Position numbers and translations under genes: made by a program
Shown here: one piece after another, positions 5,469 to 15,135 of the stretch
Position numbering within the stretch: the first letter of the stretch is position 1
How the letters are laid out: each line of letters starts with the position of its first letter
The notes under the pieces: model-generated
What the model was told of the DNA's origin: nothing
The model's database searches: none
Seen by the model: the letters and a program-made list of their open reading frames with translations, nothing else
Virus record (IMG/VR): IMGVR_UViG_3300035053_000267
Location: 32,001-96,000 of that record
Strand: one strand, 5' to 3'
Length of the DNA stretch: 64,000 nucleotides
DNA from: a virus

Positions 5469-6347
5469 TTCAAGCTTAGAAAGCAACTTTTGTGCTTCTT
5501 TTTTATACTTGCTGGGAGCGCGGCACACAATATATTGCAAATCCTCCTCAATGGGTTTCTGCTTAAGTAATTGTTGCCACGCTTCTTCTCTCCACTTATC
5601 GGGAGCGCGGCACACGGCATATCGCAGATCCTCCCTAGTGTGTTTCTGCTTGAGTAATTGTTGCCATGCTTCTTCTCTCCACTTGTCGGGAGCATAACAC
5701 ACAATATATTGCAAATCTGCATTAGTAGGCTTTTGCTCAAGTAATCGTTGCCATGCTTTTTCTTTCCACTTACAGAGAACGTGGCACACAGCATATCGCA
5801 GATCTTCATTAGTGGGGCTCTGCTCAAGTAGCTGTTTCCATGCCTTTTCTGCCCGCTTACTGGGAGCGAAGCGCATGATATATCGCAGATCCATATTAGT
5901 GGGCCTCTGTTTGAGTAATTGCTGCCACGCTTCTTCTGCCCGTTTGTCAGTAGAACGACATATAATCAGTCGCAGATCGTTATTAGTGGGTCCCTGCGCA
6001 AGCAGCTGCTGCCATGCTTTTTCTGCCCACTTACTGGGAGCGAAACGCACAATACGTCGCAGATCATCATTTTGAGAATGGCCGTTTCTCCACATTTTAC
6101 CAAAGTTTGCATCAAAATCTTTTATGAGATTCTTTAACTCCTTTGGCAACTCCTCTGCCCAAAAGTCACGTCTCTCATACTCAGTGCCACCTTTAACGCC
6201 CCAGAATTCTCTTATTGCTCCGTGGCCCAGAACATCGTTGTCACGGCATCCTGAGAGTTTTTCTCTGCCATGGGCAGAGAATACCTCTTTATCCGTCAGA
6301 TAAAATAATTTATTGTCCTTTTCAATCCAACTAATAAAATTACACAT
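5463..6347 (-). CDS. Helical repeat protein (7 x 29-aa repeats)
   Basis: Repeats NxDLRYIVxxAPxKWxEEAWQQLLKQxPT, 87-bp period. Confidence 0.8.
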   Translation of the reverse strand: MCNFISWIEKDNKLFYLTDKEVFSAHGREKLSGCRDNDVLGHGAIREFWGVKGGTEYERRDFWAEELPKELKNLIKDFDANFGKMWRNGHSQNDDLRRIVRFAPSKWAEKAWQQLLAQGPTNNDLRLIICRSTDKRAEEAWQQLLKQRPTNMDLRYIMRFAPSKRAEKAWKQLLEQSPTNEDLRYAVCHVLCKWKEKAWQRLLEQKPTNADLQYIVCYAPDKWREEAWQQLLKQKHTREDLRYAVCRAPDKWREEAWQQLLKQKPIEEDLQYIVCRAPSKYKKEAQKLLSKLET

Positions 6348-6363
6348 TTATTCCTCCTTAGTT

Positions 6364-6645
6364 TTATCTTTCAAAAATCAGAGAATCAGCACTTACAGTG
6401 TGCCACCCACACATATCAGCGGCCATTCTCCTTACTTCTCGATTAATTCTATCTTGTGCGTCGCTATAAGTTAGATAGTCAACCCGAGGCAGTGAAAATA
6501 ACTTTTTAGGAAAAGGCACCCACTTTAACTTACGCCACCATAAGTACCCACACCATTCACGATGCTCAATGCGAAATATTATTCCATTAGTAATGACGCG
6601 AAACTCTTTAGCGAGCTCTTTAGCTATCTCATCTATTTCTGGCAT
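6364..6645 (-). CDS. Hypothetical protein
   Basis: AGGAG RBS, operon packing. Confidence 0.6.
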   Translation of the reverse strand: MPEIDEIAKELAKEFRVITNGIIFRIEHREWCGYLWWRKLKWVPFPKKLFSLPRVDYLTYSDAQDRINREVRRMAADMCGWHTVSADSLIFER

Positions 6646-7097
6646 ATGCTGTTTGCTCCTTTATTTTTCTGATTCCGAAGATGCCAACGCCACCAGGTCT
6701 TAGCTCGTCTGTCTGAGCGACCATCGTTCTCCCATACAGCAGGGATCAGCACATCCACCTGCCCGGCCTCCACCGACAGCAAACCGACCTGAGCCTGCTT
6801 AAACTTATCCAATGTTCTTAAACGCATCTTATCACAGCGCTCCCGGGGCATTGCAGCAAAACTGGCATTGACAAATGCACGATTACCTTGCGCCTGCATT
6901 ATTACCTGCCTGACATTGGACATCTTCAATTCAACAGCTACTGCACAATCCAGTGGCGGCACCGACCTCCCTGTGCGAGGATGGAACCGAAAGCCAATAA
7001 CATCACAGTAGCCGCTCAACAGGCATTCATGGGCATCCTCCAGACCATCGGCTGCCAGCCAGTCAACAATTGGCTTCCTCATATCGTTCTCAACCAT
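6633..7097 (-). CDS. PD-(D/E)xK nuclease-fold protein
   Basis: E...CDVIG...AVELK motif. Confidence 0.55.
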   Translation of the reverse strand: MVENDMRKPIVDWLAADGLEDAHECLLSGYCDVIGFRFHPRTGRSVPPLDCAVAVELKMSNVRQVIMQAQGNRAFVNASFAAMPRERCDKMRLRTLDKFKQAQVGLLSVEAGQVDVLIPAVWENDGRSDRRAKTWWRWHLRNQKNKGANSICQK

Positions 7098-7137
7098 TAT
7101 CCGCTCCCTTTTAGAGGATTATTATATTTTCTACAAT

Positions 7138-7395
7138 CTACCAGCATTTAAATTGAGGCAGAAACCCGCTGCCCCCGCACGCGCAGCAGGTTTCCATGCT
7201 ATCAGCCTCTTTGCCCGAACCATGACATTCAGGGCATGCCTCTACATCTCCTGAACCTAAACATACTGGACAGACCTCTGTACAGGCAATATCTCCAGCC
7301 AGGTCGGCTGCTTTATCATTAGGATAAACCTGTATATTAGTTTGTGAGTACAGAACATCTACAGTTCCATCCCCTTCGCATTTAGGGCAGATCAC
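7138..7395 (-). CDS. DnaJ-type Cys-rich zinc-finger protein
   Basis: Four CxxCxGxG motifs. Confidence 0.7.
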   Translation of the reverse strand: MICPKCEGDGTVDVLYSQTNIQVYPNDKAADLAGDIACTEVCPVCLGSGDVEACPECHGSGKEADSMETCCACGGSGFLPQFKCW

Positions 7396-7572
7396 AGCTT
7401 CTCAACCCCTTTACGAATCAGATCAATAAGATTAAGAGCCTTATTCTTACAGCCACACACATTAGACGTTCCTACATCTTCGCCTCTATTTTCTTTAAAA
7501 GGACAATTAACCGATGTACATCCCAATGTAATAACTACAAGCTTTGCAGCGTATCTAACCAGTCTCAATCCA

Positions 7573-8541
7573 CTAGCCACCGAAAACCTCCTTAAAAGCT
7601 CTAAGCTGATTTGGAGCAAAGTTCTCATTAAACAAAGCCCATTCCCAGAATGAAAATATGACATTGATGTTCTTGTTCACAGCCTTTTTAAGAAAATCAA
7701 CGTATCTGTAGTACGCGGCCTCTCCTCCCAGCATTCCATCCACTTTTTCCTCATTCATAATAGGAACAGTATATCCACTGTAGTTCAGATTGTTGTGAAT
7801 ATGCATATAGTCAGCTTTAAAAGGAAGCTTATCATACAGAGAAACTTTAAAACCCTTATCACTGAAATACTTATAAAACTCCTTGCACCACCTTACAGAG
7901 GGGCCTCCATCTACAGTATATTCATTAGCACCGATAATAATCCAGTCTTCCATTCCCGCACACCTCTCCACTATGCTGTCAAAATAATACAGCAATGAGG
8001 AATTCATAGATGTCACATCCAAAGGTGACAAATGTGTGGTATTAAAGTCCAGGACATCGAGAAGCAAAGTCAATTTAAGATCTTTACACTCACCTATAAA
8101 ATACTCGAAATAATTCCACCATTTACGAGGCTGATTCCAAGGCTGAAATTCAGATCGCTTAAACAGGCGTCCAGCCTTATCAGTAAAATCAGAGCATGTC
8201 GTCAGTCTAAGCTGAGTAGCATTGATAGTATTGGTGTTTTCTATAGTATCAAACACCTCGGCCAGTCTGCCAGCTATAAGGGAACAGGACCCTCCAGTGT
8301 ACCATGTCAGGATAAACGGGTCTCCAATGCCGTTAAAACACCCTATACTAGGTGGCGTAGGCTCTTCTATAGAATAGTCACTGATTATTCTATAAAGATC
8401 CATTCCAGCTGCCTGCATCTCAAAAAACCTGGACAAAAGACGATTATCATCAATTCCGCTAATATGTCGGTACAGATGAGAGCCATATCTGTACATTTCA
8501 TTTAAAATACTTAACATTTCATTTTTAGTGTGCAAATCCAT
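7573..8541 (-). CDS. Hypothetical protein, possibly glycoside hydrolase-like TIM barrel
   Basis: GGAGG RBS before MDLHTK; IIIGANE and DYMHIH motifs reminiscent of clan GH-A. Confidence 0.45.
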   Translation of the reverse strand: MDLHTKNEMLSILNEMYRYGSHLYRHISGIDDNRLLSRFFEMQAAGMDLYRIISDYSIEEPTPPSIGCFNGIGDPFILTWYTGGSCSLIAGRLAEVFDTIENTNTINATQLRLTTCSDFTDKAGRLFKRSEFQPWNQPRKWWNYFEYFIGECKDLKLTLLLDVLDFNTTHLSPLDVTSMNSSLLYYFDSIVERCAGMEDWIIIGANEYTVDGGPSVRWCKEFYKYFSDKGFKVSLYDKLPFKADYMHIHNNLNYSGYTVPIMNEEKVDGMLGGEAAYYRYVDFLKKAVNKNINVIFSFWEWALFNENFAPNQLRAFKEVFGG

Positions 8542-8594
8542 ATCGTTCCTCCAATAAATTACATCATTTTTAATGTATACCTCTTCCAATTATT

Positions 8595-9173
8595 TCAATT
8601 AAGCAGTGTCTTAAAATCTTCATTTTTTCCGATAAAATCACTATTAGCTCTATAAACGTTTTCCCAGTTAGTATCGTCGACTATAATAATGCATTTATCC
8701 GACAGGTAAGGAAGCATACATGTAAGCCCATTAAGCTGACTTTCATATGAATGGTTCCCGTCATAAAAATAAACATCTACAGAGTCTTTAAGATTACGTA
8801 TCACAGAGCGAAAATCTTTTTCAAAATTGGCGTCTATGATTTCGCACTTCCACTCCTGATTAAATGCTTTTATATTTTTAAACGCAATATCCTTGTTTGT
8901 TGTATTTCTATTAAACTGAGAAAAATTATCAACACCCAGGCCGTAAACGTCATTAAATAGAACAGCACTTAATAAGCTGCAGCCACAATATACTCCTACT
9001 TCAAAATATGTACCTCCTTTAGCATACACTGCCACTAATTCATTTATAAGAAAGCGTATATTCTCCGTACTCATGCCTCTGACACCATTGTCTCTAAGAC
9101 ACTTCATTCTCCTGTTTAAAGGATGTGGGTCCTTCTCAACGTCTTTCCAGTTATCTAAAATATCATCAAACAT
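8595..9173 (-). CDS. Class I SAM-dependent methyltransferase (Methyltransf_24-like)
   Basis: YFEVGVYCGCS, YFYDGNHSY, IIVDD motifs. Confidence 0.8.
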   Translation of the reverse strand: MFDDILDNWKDVEKDPHPLNRRMKCLRDNGVRGMSTENIRFLINELVAVYAKGGTYFEVGVYCGCSLLSAVLFNDVYGLGVDNFSQFNRNTTNKDIAFKNIKAFNQEWKCEIIDANFEKDFRSVIRNLKDSVDVYFYDGNHSYESQLNGLTCMLPYLSDKCIIIVDDTNWENVYRANSDFIGKNEDFKTLLN

Positions 9174-9456
9174 TTTACCTCCAATCAGATGTAAAAAAAG
9201 CAAACGCAGTTCATTATATTATTCCATTTTATAAAGATGTAATGAAGCAATATATAAAAAAAAAGCACACCACCACTGCCATCAGCACCAACCATTCGGC
9301 CGTCTTCGCGAATCGCGAATCGCATATATATATATTGTTCCATATTGTAATGCAGAAGAGTCTCGCTAAGGAGGTCGGACAGGGGTTGCCCTATGAAAAA
9401 ACGAGAACTCTTCTGCTGCAAATAGTACACTGTTCAGGACCTATTGCTCCTTAAAC

Positions 9457-9705
9457 TTATTCTTGAATATCACATACCGGCCTTATCTTTTGCCAGCAGA
9501 CCGCACCTGATCCGGGCAATGTGACTTCTTCATACCCGTTTTCAGCCATTGTCTTTCTGTGATAACACACACCCGCAGTGACGATAGCTGCCACCAATAC
9601 AATCACCATCGCCACAAGAGTCCAGAATGTGATCCAGTACCTTTCGTCAGACGATAACGCACACATCGAGTCCATTATATTTCCTTTCTTCATTGGAACC
9701 GGCAA
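9457..9705 (-). CDS. Small membrane protein
   Basis: One strong hydrophobic segment. Confidence 0.55.
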   Translation of the reverse strand: MPVPMKKGNIMDSMCALSSDERYWITFWTLVAMVIVLVAAIVTAGVCYHRKTMAENGYEEVTLPGSGAVCWQKIRPVCDIQE

Positions 9706-9856
9706 TCAGTTTACCGTCTCTCTATGTTCTTTTCGGCAATATTCACAATAAAAGGAATATCCACTGTCCTGAGCCAGGAGATTTTAACACCTAACCTGGC
9801 TCTTGCCAGACGTACCTCCTCTCCTTATTACAGCTGTTTAAGCCTATTCCGCCAGT

Positions 9857-10231
9857 CTACCTGGCCGGCCTTTGTTTTTTACGCAGTACCGTGCCTTTAC
9901 CCTTACATACCGGACACGACTCATTACTGTTAACAACAACATGAGCACCTAAATTCTTAAACTCATTTTCGATGCTCCTTGTATTACCGGCTCCTCCACA
10001 CACAGGACAAGTAAAAAACACAGGCTTCTCATCCACACACGTGTCTTTAACAACGTAATAGGACTTTGAATTTCCACACACTGTAAACAAGAGTGAACTG
10101 GAAATTGTAGTCTTCATATCAGACACAATAGCGTCGGGGACCCCCAGAGTATTAGTCCCAACAATCTGAGCACCATAATTAACTAATGAAGAGAAAACCT
10201 GTTTGTTTCTAGCAACCACCTTTATCATCAC
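9857..10231 (-). CDS. Protein with DnaJ-type zinc finger
   Basis: CPVCGGAG...CPVCKGKG. Confidence 0.65.
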   Translation of the reverse strand: MMIKVVARNKQVFSSLVNYGAQIVGTNTLGVPDAIVSDMKTTISSSLLFTVCGNSKSYYVVKDTCVDEKPVFFTCPVCGGAGNTRSIENEFKNLGAHVVVNSNESCPVCKGKGTVLRKKQRPAR

Positions 10232-10268
10232 ACCACCTGACTAGTTTGAACACAATAGTTTACACGAT

Positions 10269-10300
10269 AAAAAAGAGCGCAGCTTTTAAACTGCGCTCTT
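10269..10300 (-). terminator. Intrinsic terminator
   Basis: AAGAGCGCAG/CTGCGCTCTT stem then T-run on minus, just after the 10307 stop. Confidence 0.7.
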
Positions 10301-10306
10301 ATTGAT

Positions 10307-11026
10307 TTACTTCTTCTTGAATTTTCTCTTTATTTTCTGCCAATATTCACTTATTGTGTTCTTGACAGTCTCCTCCTCCTCGTCCAGTTCTTCCGGTGTT
10401 TCGGTTAGATCGGCCCCACAGCCTGGACACCATTTCCACGCCCCACTGCAAAGATACCCACACTCGGGACACGGTATAGTTGCATAGAGCGGCTCATACG
10501 GGAGCTGAATAGTCCTTTCCATGTCGCCGACTTTAAGAACCAGAACTCCTTTCGACGTAAAGTCAATTTCTCCGGAATTCTTGGTTTCGCAGACTAGCGT
10601 CATGCCTGCGTTCTTACCCGTTATGAGAGACTTGGTGATAAGGGCCATAACCGACTCAGATTCCACCAGCTCAACACGCTTACCGTTATACGTCAAGCTG
10701 ATCTCTGGGATGTACTCAACTTCTCTGAGTACATCCTGGCAGCTCACAACCACCAGAACTTTTCCCTGCAATTCATCATCGGAAATGAGCTCCTCTACAT
10801 CTCCTGGATCCACTTCCGGATCATTGCTTATAAAGCGCAGGGCTTCTTCGGGAAGAAGCAACGTAGTCGTCGCTTTAAATTCCCCTGCTTTGACATTCAG
10901 AGCTTTCTCAATAAAGCCCCCAAACGTCTGGTCGGGTTGCCCCGCATATGCCAGGGCCATTACGACCATCATAACCAGTGTTGTAATTATTGCCAGTGCT
11001 CTCATGTATTCCTCCTTATTTTGCAC
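10307..11026 (-). CDS. Secreted/membrane-anchored protein with C-terminal zinc ribbon
   Basis: Signal-like MRALAIITTLV...; CPECG...CPGCG. Confidence 0.7.
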   Translation of the reverse strand: MQNKEEYMRALAIITTLVMMVVMALAYAGQPDQTFGGFIEKALNVKAGEFKATTTLLLPEEALRFISNDPEVDPGDVEELISDDELQGKVLVVVSCQDVLREVEYIPEISLTYNGKRVELVESESVMALITKSLITGKNAGMTLVCETKNSGEIDFTSKGVLVLKVGDMERTIQLPYEPLYATIPCPECGYLCSGAWKWCPGCGADLTETPEELDEEEETVKNTISEYWQKIKRKFKKK

Positions 11027-11128
11027 TAACTGAATAAAAAAGCTACGACACTTGCCGTAGCTTTTTCACTATAATTCCTCAGCACCTGCCAAAGAATATA
11101 AAGCATATTTATATAATGCTTTACATCA

Positions 11129-11158
11129 TATTATGCCACTCGTTATGCCCAATTTAAG
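11129..11158 (-). promoter_or_regulatory. Putative promoter CTTAAA-N17-CATAAT
   Basis: Motif recurs at 17922-17952 and 45229-45259. Confidence 0.5.
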
Positions 11159-11268
11159 CTCAACACCAAAAGCGGTTCAGCCTCGCATATTAAACCGCTC
11201 GGACAATACTGGATAAGCTCTTACAACAACAAGCTAGAAAGCACACGGCTTAAGCCGTGGGTCACTAA

Positions 11269-13116
11269 CTAGTACTCACCTTTTGTGTATAGTTTTTTTC
11301 CAAAATCCTTACCCTGAACCAGAGAAGGAATATATGATTCGCTGTGAATCTTAGACTCTCTGCCTCTATGGGCGGCTTCAAGAAGATTATCTTTTAAATA
11401 AAAACCACCAAGTCTGGCCTGCCAGTCTGGAGTTTTAGCAAGATTTTCCAAAGCTCTAAGCATAAAAGAATTGAACGGCGGTGGATCGTCATGGGCTTCC
11501 ACATATTTAACATTATGTTTTTTAAGTTTATCCAATACAGGTTTAGTAATGCGAGTACCTATAGAGTAGTGCAATACAGGCTTTTCAAGATACTTATTAG
11601 AGGCCGTACTTACAGGCAAGTGTCTGGTACCATACCTGGGCTTATATTTTCTCTCTACCGACGAGTATTCCAATATGTCGCCAGGTAAACCCGGAACTCC
11701 ATCAATATCATTTACATGAACATGATTAACCAGACCCCTGGCTACCAGCTCTACATTGCGCCTGTTTATGTTAATGCCCTGATCTGTATACGCTTTTTTA
11801 AATAAACGTATAAATTCCCTTCTGCCTTCACCAAGCCCCTTGTACTTAACAAGATCCGACGGATTAGGAATGCCGGTTGACAGAACATCTCCGGAGTAAA
11901 CCCTGTCACCTTCTTTTACCACAGGATCAAAACCCTGATTAATATGGTGCTTTTGACCGCTTACATAAATATACTTGCCCCCCTGAGGAGAATCTTCAAT
12001 TTTAGTCACTGTACCGTCTTTTGATGAGACAGCAGCAGCTCCCCTGAAAGATTTAGGAACCTGTATAAGCTGATTAACAAGCTCAAATCCACTTGGCTCG
12101 TCCCCTTTTTTCTCCTTATCTATGCGTCCACCCTGGTGCTTAACATTAAGAGCCATCTGAGTCGTGGGCTCAGCAACTGCCTGTGCAGCTGACATACCTA
12201 CGTTCTCACCGATATCAGGAAATCCTCCTTTTTCCCGTATTCCGGCACACCTGGAACAGACTCCTGCGGCTGCATTGCATGTCACAGGGGATCTTACGAC
12301 TATCTCATCATCCTCTATACTGTCCAACACTTCAGGAGTTATAACAGTACCGGCAGGATAGTCGCCATATTGTTTAGCAAGAAGAGCTCCTAAATTGTCT
12401 TTGTCCTCTCTATCGACCACCATACCCCTGTCGGTCTTACAGTCGTTCTCAGTGACAACCAGTCTATGTGCAGCCTGCTTTAACTGTTTTCCATAAAATC
12501 CTGTATCAGCTGTTGCTATTTTTGTAGATAGAAGTCCTTTTCTGGCTCCATACGCCCCGGCCCAGTACTCAGCAGGATCCAGACCCTCGCTATAACTCCT
12601 CAACATAGGTATAGGCACTACCCTGTCTTTATTGTCAGCCACTAAAAGATTTCCAACAATAATGCTCCGCATATCAGAAAGCTTTCCCCTTGCTTTAGAC
12701 ATGACCTGCTCGGCAAAAGAGTTACCACTGGCTGCTGACTCGTCAAACATGGTTTTCTGAATGGCATCCTGGTTCTTAAGAATGAGACCGACAATGGCTT
12801 TATTTTTTTGATCGTCAGTCAGCCTGGGAGACTCTGACACTTTTTTAATATCTCTTTTGAGCCTGTCTATCAGCATCCTGGTTTTAGGGGGCTTGGCCAG
12901 ATCGTCTATAGACAGACTGACACCTGTCTCGTACGCTACCTTTGCACCTAGACGATGAAGGTCCTTGGTGGCCTTACGGTACGCGTCCTGACTCATTTCT
13001 CTTTCCATACGGTCGAGAACATCTTTTAAATCATCTGAAGTAAGAGAAGTATAGTCTCTGTACTCAGAGGGTAAGGCCTGATTGAATATAACTTTTCCAA
13101 CAGTAGTTTTAATCAT
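11269..13116 (-). CDS. rpoC: Multisubunit RNA polymerase beta-prime C-terminal half
   Basis: GARKGL...TADTGF bridge helix, RSPVTC...CxxC, GENVG..AAQAVAEPTTQMAL..KHQGG trigger loop; likely start MIKTTVG. Confidence 0.9.
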   Translation of the reverse strand: MIKTTVGKVIFNQALPSEYRDYTSLTSDDLKDVLDRMEREMSQDAYRKATKDLHRLGAKVAYETGVSLSIDDLAKPPKTRMLIDRLKRDIKKVSESPRLTDDQKNKAIVGLILKNQDAIQKTMFDESAASGNSFAEQVMSKARGKLSDMRSIIVGNLLVADNKDRVVPIPMLRSYSEGLDPAEYWAGAYGARKGLLSTKIATADTGFYGKQLKQAAHRLVVTENDCKTDRGMVVDREDKDNLGALLAKQYGDYPAGTVITPEVLDSIEDDEIVVRSPVTCNAAAGVCSRCAGIREKGGFPDIGENVGMSAAQAVAEPTTQMALNVKHQGGRIDKEKKGDEPSGFELVNQLIQVPKSFRGAAAVSSKDGTVTKIEDSPQGGKYIYVSGQKHHINQGFDPVVKEGDRVYSGDVLSTGIPNPSDLVKYKGLGEGRREFIRLFKKAYTDQGININRRNVELVARGLVNHVHVNDIDGVPGLPGDILEYSSVERKYKPRYGTRHLPVSTASNKYLEKPVLHYSIGTRITKPVLDKLKKHNVKYVEAHDDPPPFNSFMLRALENLAKTPDWQARLGGFYLKDNLLEAAHRGRESKIHSESYIPSLVQGKDFGKKLYTKGEY

Positions 13117-13807
13117 GCTGTTCAGCCCCCAGGGTTCCCAGAATCCCACCGCTGATAGCACTGTACAAAAGCTCAGGCCACATATATGTGTGTTTGGCTC
13201 TATTAAGAGTTTTTCTGTACTTTACTCTATCTTTAGGCGGCAGATTCATTTTACGAAGTTTATCAATAGCTATTTGAGTAGCTTGACTTTCATTTATGTA
13301 TCCCGGAGTATTAACCAGAGCCTGTACGGCAACGGAAGCAAGAGGTCCGGTCCAAGGCTTGCCGGTAATCCTGCCGGCCGCATAGCCGGCAATAGGACTA
13401 AGACCCGTTAATAGCGAAAAAAAAGGCTTAAGTTTTTTCTGATTAAACCTGGATAAGCCTGGAGTTTTCTCTATAGACTGATGCCCAAGCTCATGAGCAA
13501 TAACGCCTAAATTACGAAAGGAAGGATCATAGGCCACTATGCCGCTATTATGATAGTTTTCAGGCAGCCCAATCTGTTTGGCGCGATTAGGAGCAACATA
13601 CATGGCATTATTCAGGCCGGGAATAGAGACAGCCTCCATCCCCGACCCTTCCATCAATTTGTCAATATCTTTTAAACTGGCTTTAGGCAAATCCCTCATC
13701 GCTGAGTCTACATACGCTTTAGACGCAGTATTAATGCCGTATCCAGCAGCCATAAGAGCAGCAAGAGTTCCGACATCTTTCAGAGTGATTTTAGCCTTTT
13801 TACGCAT
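13109..13807 (-). CDS. Zinc metallopeptidase-like membrane/virion protein
   Basis: HELGH plus downstream E; hydrophobic Gly-rich helices. Confidence 0.6.
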   Translation of the reverse strand: MRKKAKITLKDVGTLAALMAAGYGINTASKAYVDSAMRDLPKASLKDIDKLMEGSGMEAVSIPGLNNAMYVAPNRAKQIGLPENYHNSGIVAYDPSFRNLGVIAHELGHQSIEKTPGLSRFNQKKLKPFFSLLTGLSPIAGYAAGRITGKPWTGPLASVAVQALVNTPGYINESQATQIAIDKLRKMNLPPKDRVKYRKTLNRAKHTYMWPELLYSAISGGILGTLGAEQHD

Positions 13808-13808
13808 T

Positions 13809-14084
13809 TTATTTTCCTAGAATGACGTCAGCAAGATCCACTTTAAGCTTAACAATTTTACGATCAATCTCTGAAAGTATATTATCACACTTATCAGCTT
13901 CATTAAGATACCTGACCTGAACATCTAGAACATTGCTCTTGCGCTCTAATAGATTATTGATCTCAACATAATAATAGGTTAAATCTTTAACATCGTTGCA
14001 CTGTGCTGGTTCTTTGTCTTTACGCCCACAGGTCTTTTCAATTTCCAGCAACGTTTGCTCTAATTCGTCTAGGTTTAAAAACAC
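13809..14084 (-). CDS. Hypothetical protein
   Basis: GAGGAG RBS, operon packing. Confidence 0.5.
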   Translation of the reverse strand: MFLNLDELEQTLLEIEKTCGRKDKEPAQCNDVKDLTYYYVEINNLLERKSNVLDVQVRYLNEADKCDNILSEIDRKIVKLKVDLADVILGK

Positions 14085-14098
14085 TGTAATCTGCTCCT

Positions 14099-14746
14099 CT
14101 AATTTAGTTGTTTTTTTAACTTGTTCTGAATCTTCTTCGTCTCTTTTTGAAACCTGGAAAGCATATTGCTTCCTGTCTCTGTACCTTTATAGTGATTATA
14201 CCATTTCATAAACTTGCCAGGTTCTTTTCCTCCATTTATATTTAAAGCATGCTGTTTAAATACCGGCTCAGCTCCTTCGGCATACTGTCTGACCCTATTA
14301 ACATAGTTTAACGTCTCATCAGGCAGTTTTCTGTATTCAGGACTTGTCTTAAAGGCCTTTTGAAAAGGACCGTAATTATACTTTTGCAAGGCTACTTCAG
14401 ACGTATTCTGTTTATCTATGTTAAAAGGAGACTCAGCAGTAAGCCCTCTAAGCCTGTCCACGTACTGAAGTGCTGCTCTGGCCGTCGTAGCGGCATCCCT
14501 GTTATTAGTGACACCATACTGATTTAAAAGCGGATTGCTCATTTGAAACATACCATACCGATTACCTGCTTCATTTAAAGCATTAGTATTCCAGCTACTC
14601 TCAGCTCCACCCATGCCGCCAGCAATAAGTTTAATATCGGAAACAGGGGCATTAGACAGGCCGCGTATCGCGTTATTAATGGCAGCGGTCTGCCCAAGAG
14701 TACGCGGCGTATACTTACTAGAGCCTCTGAATATATTAGTCGGCAT
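14099..14746 (-). CDS. Lytic transglycosylase (SLT)
   Basis: ESS, GMFQ, YNxG, ETLNYV motifs. Confidence 0.85.
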   Translation of the reverse strand: MPTNIFRGSSKYTPRTLGQTAAINNAIRGLSNAPVSDIKLIAGGMGGAESSWNTNALNEAGNRYGMFQMSNPLLNQYGVTNNRDAATTARAALQYVDRLRGLTAESPFNIDKQNTSEVALQKYNYGPFQKAFKTSPEYRKLPDETLNYVNRVRQYAEGAEPVFKQHALNINGGKEPGKFMKWYNHYKGTETGSNMLSRFQKETKKIQNKLKKQLN

Positions 14747-15111
14747 TATTTATTGAAAAGTTTATTAGCACCGGCCGCCCCTAAAAAAGCACCAAGACTT
14801 GCCGGAGCCCAACCATATCTGACTGGAACAGCCGCACCAAGACCGGCACCGGCAACCGCCCCTAAAAGCGGAGCTACTTTATTATCAGGTTTTTCCTCTA
14901 CCTCTTTTTCCCTGGCATCCATAAGAGCCTTAGCCGCCAGCAACCTGCTGATGCCAGCCGGCTCATGGGGCTCATCAATATACCTACCATAAGGAACAGT
15001 TCTGTTGGAGTCGGTATAACCAGTTACGCGAGGGTACCCATATGAAAAATTTATAACGGGCTGAGGGTGGGCCGTGCCTATATTATTCTGTATGTACGCT
15101 TTCTTATTCAT
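14746..15111 (-). CDS. Glycine-zipper membrane/virion protein
   Basis: GAVAGAGLGA, GAFLGAAG. Confidence 0.6.
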   Translation of the reverse strand: MNKKAYIQNNIGTAHPQPVINFSYGYPRVTGYTDSNRTVPYGRYIDEPHEPAGISRLLAAKALMDAREKEVEEKPDNKVAPLLGAVAGAGLGAAVPVRYGWAPASLGAFLGAAGANKLFNK

Positions 15112-15135
15112 AATTAACCTTTTACCTTATTCCTA

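Larger units (their letters stand above)
1..5470 (+). mobile_element. Integron-type gene cassette array without integrase (CALIN-like), about 20 attC-like sites, cassette ORFs antisense; continues off the left edge
   Basis: Repeated RYYYAAC-spacer-L''...L'-spacer-GTTRRRY imperfect palindromes with an extra base in the left L box; R' of each site is complementary to R'' of the next site in 16 cassettes; one small ORF per interval. Confidence 0.85.

Noticed and set aside
1-5470. CRISPR array or REP/BIME interpretation of the repeats
   Set aside because: Repeats vary in length and sequence, flank whole ORFs, and show R'/R'' cross-complementarity typical of attC; no cas genes
5399-5827. 142-aa repeat ORF
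   Set aside because: Alternative-frame shadow of the 87-bp repeats in 5463-6347
5124-6347. Diversity-generating retroelement TR/VR pair
   Set aside because: Differences are mostly synonymous and not adenine-specific; no reverse transcriptase in the window
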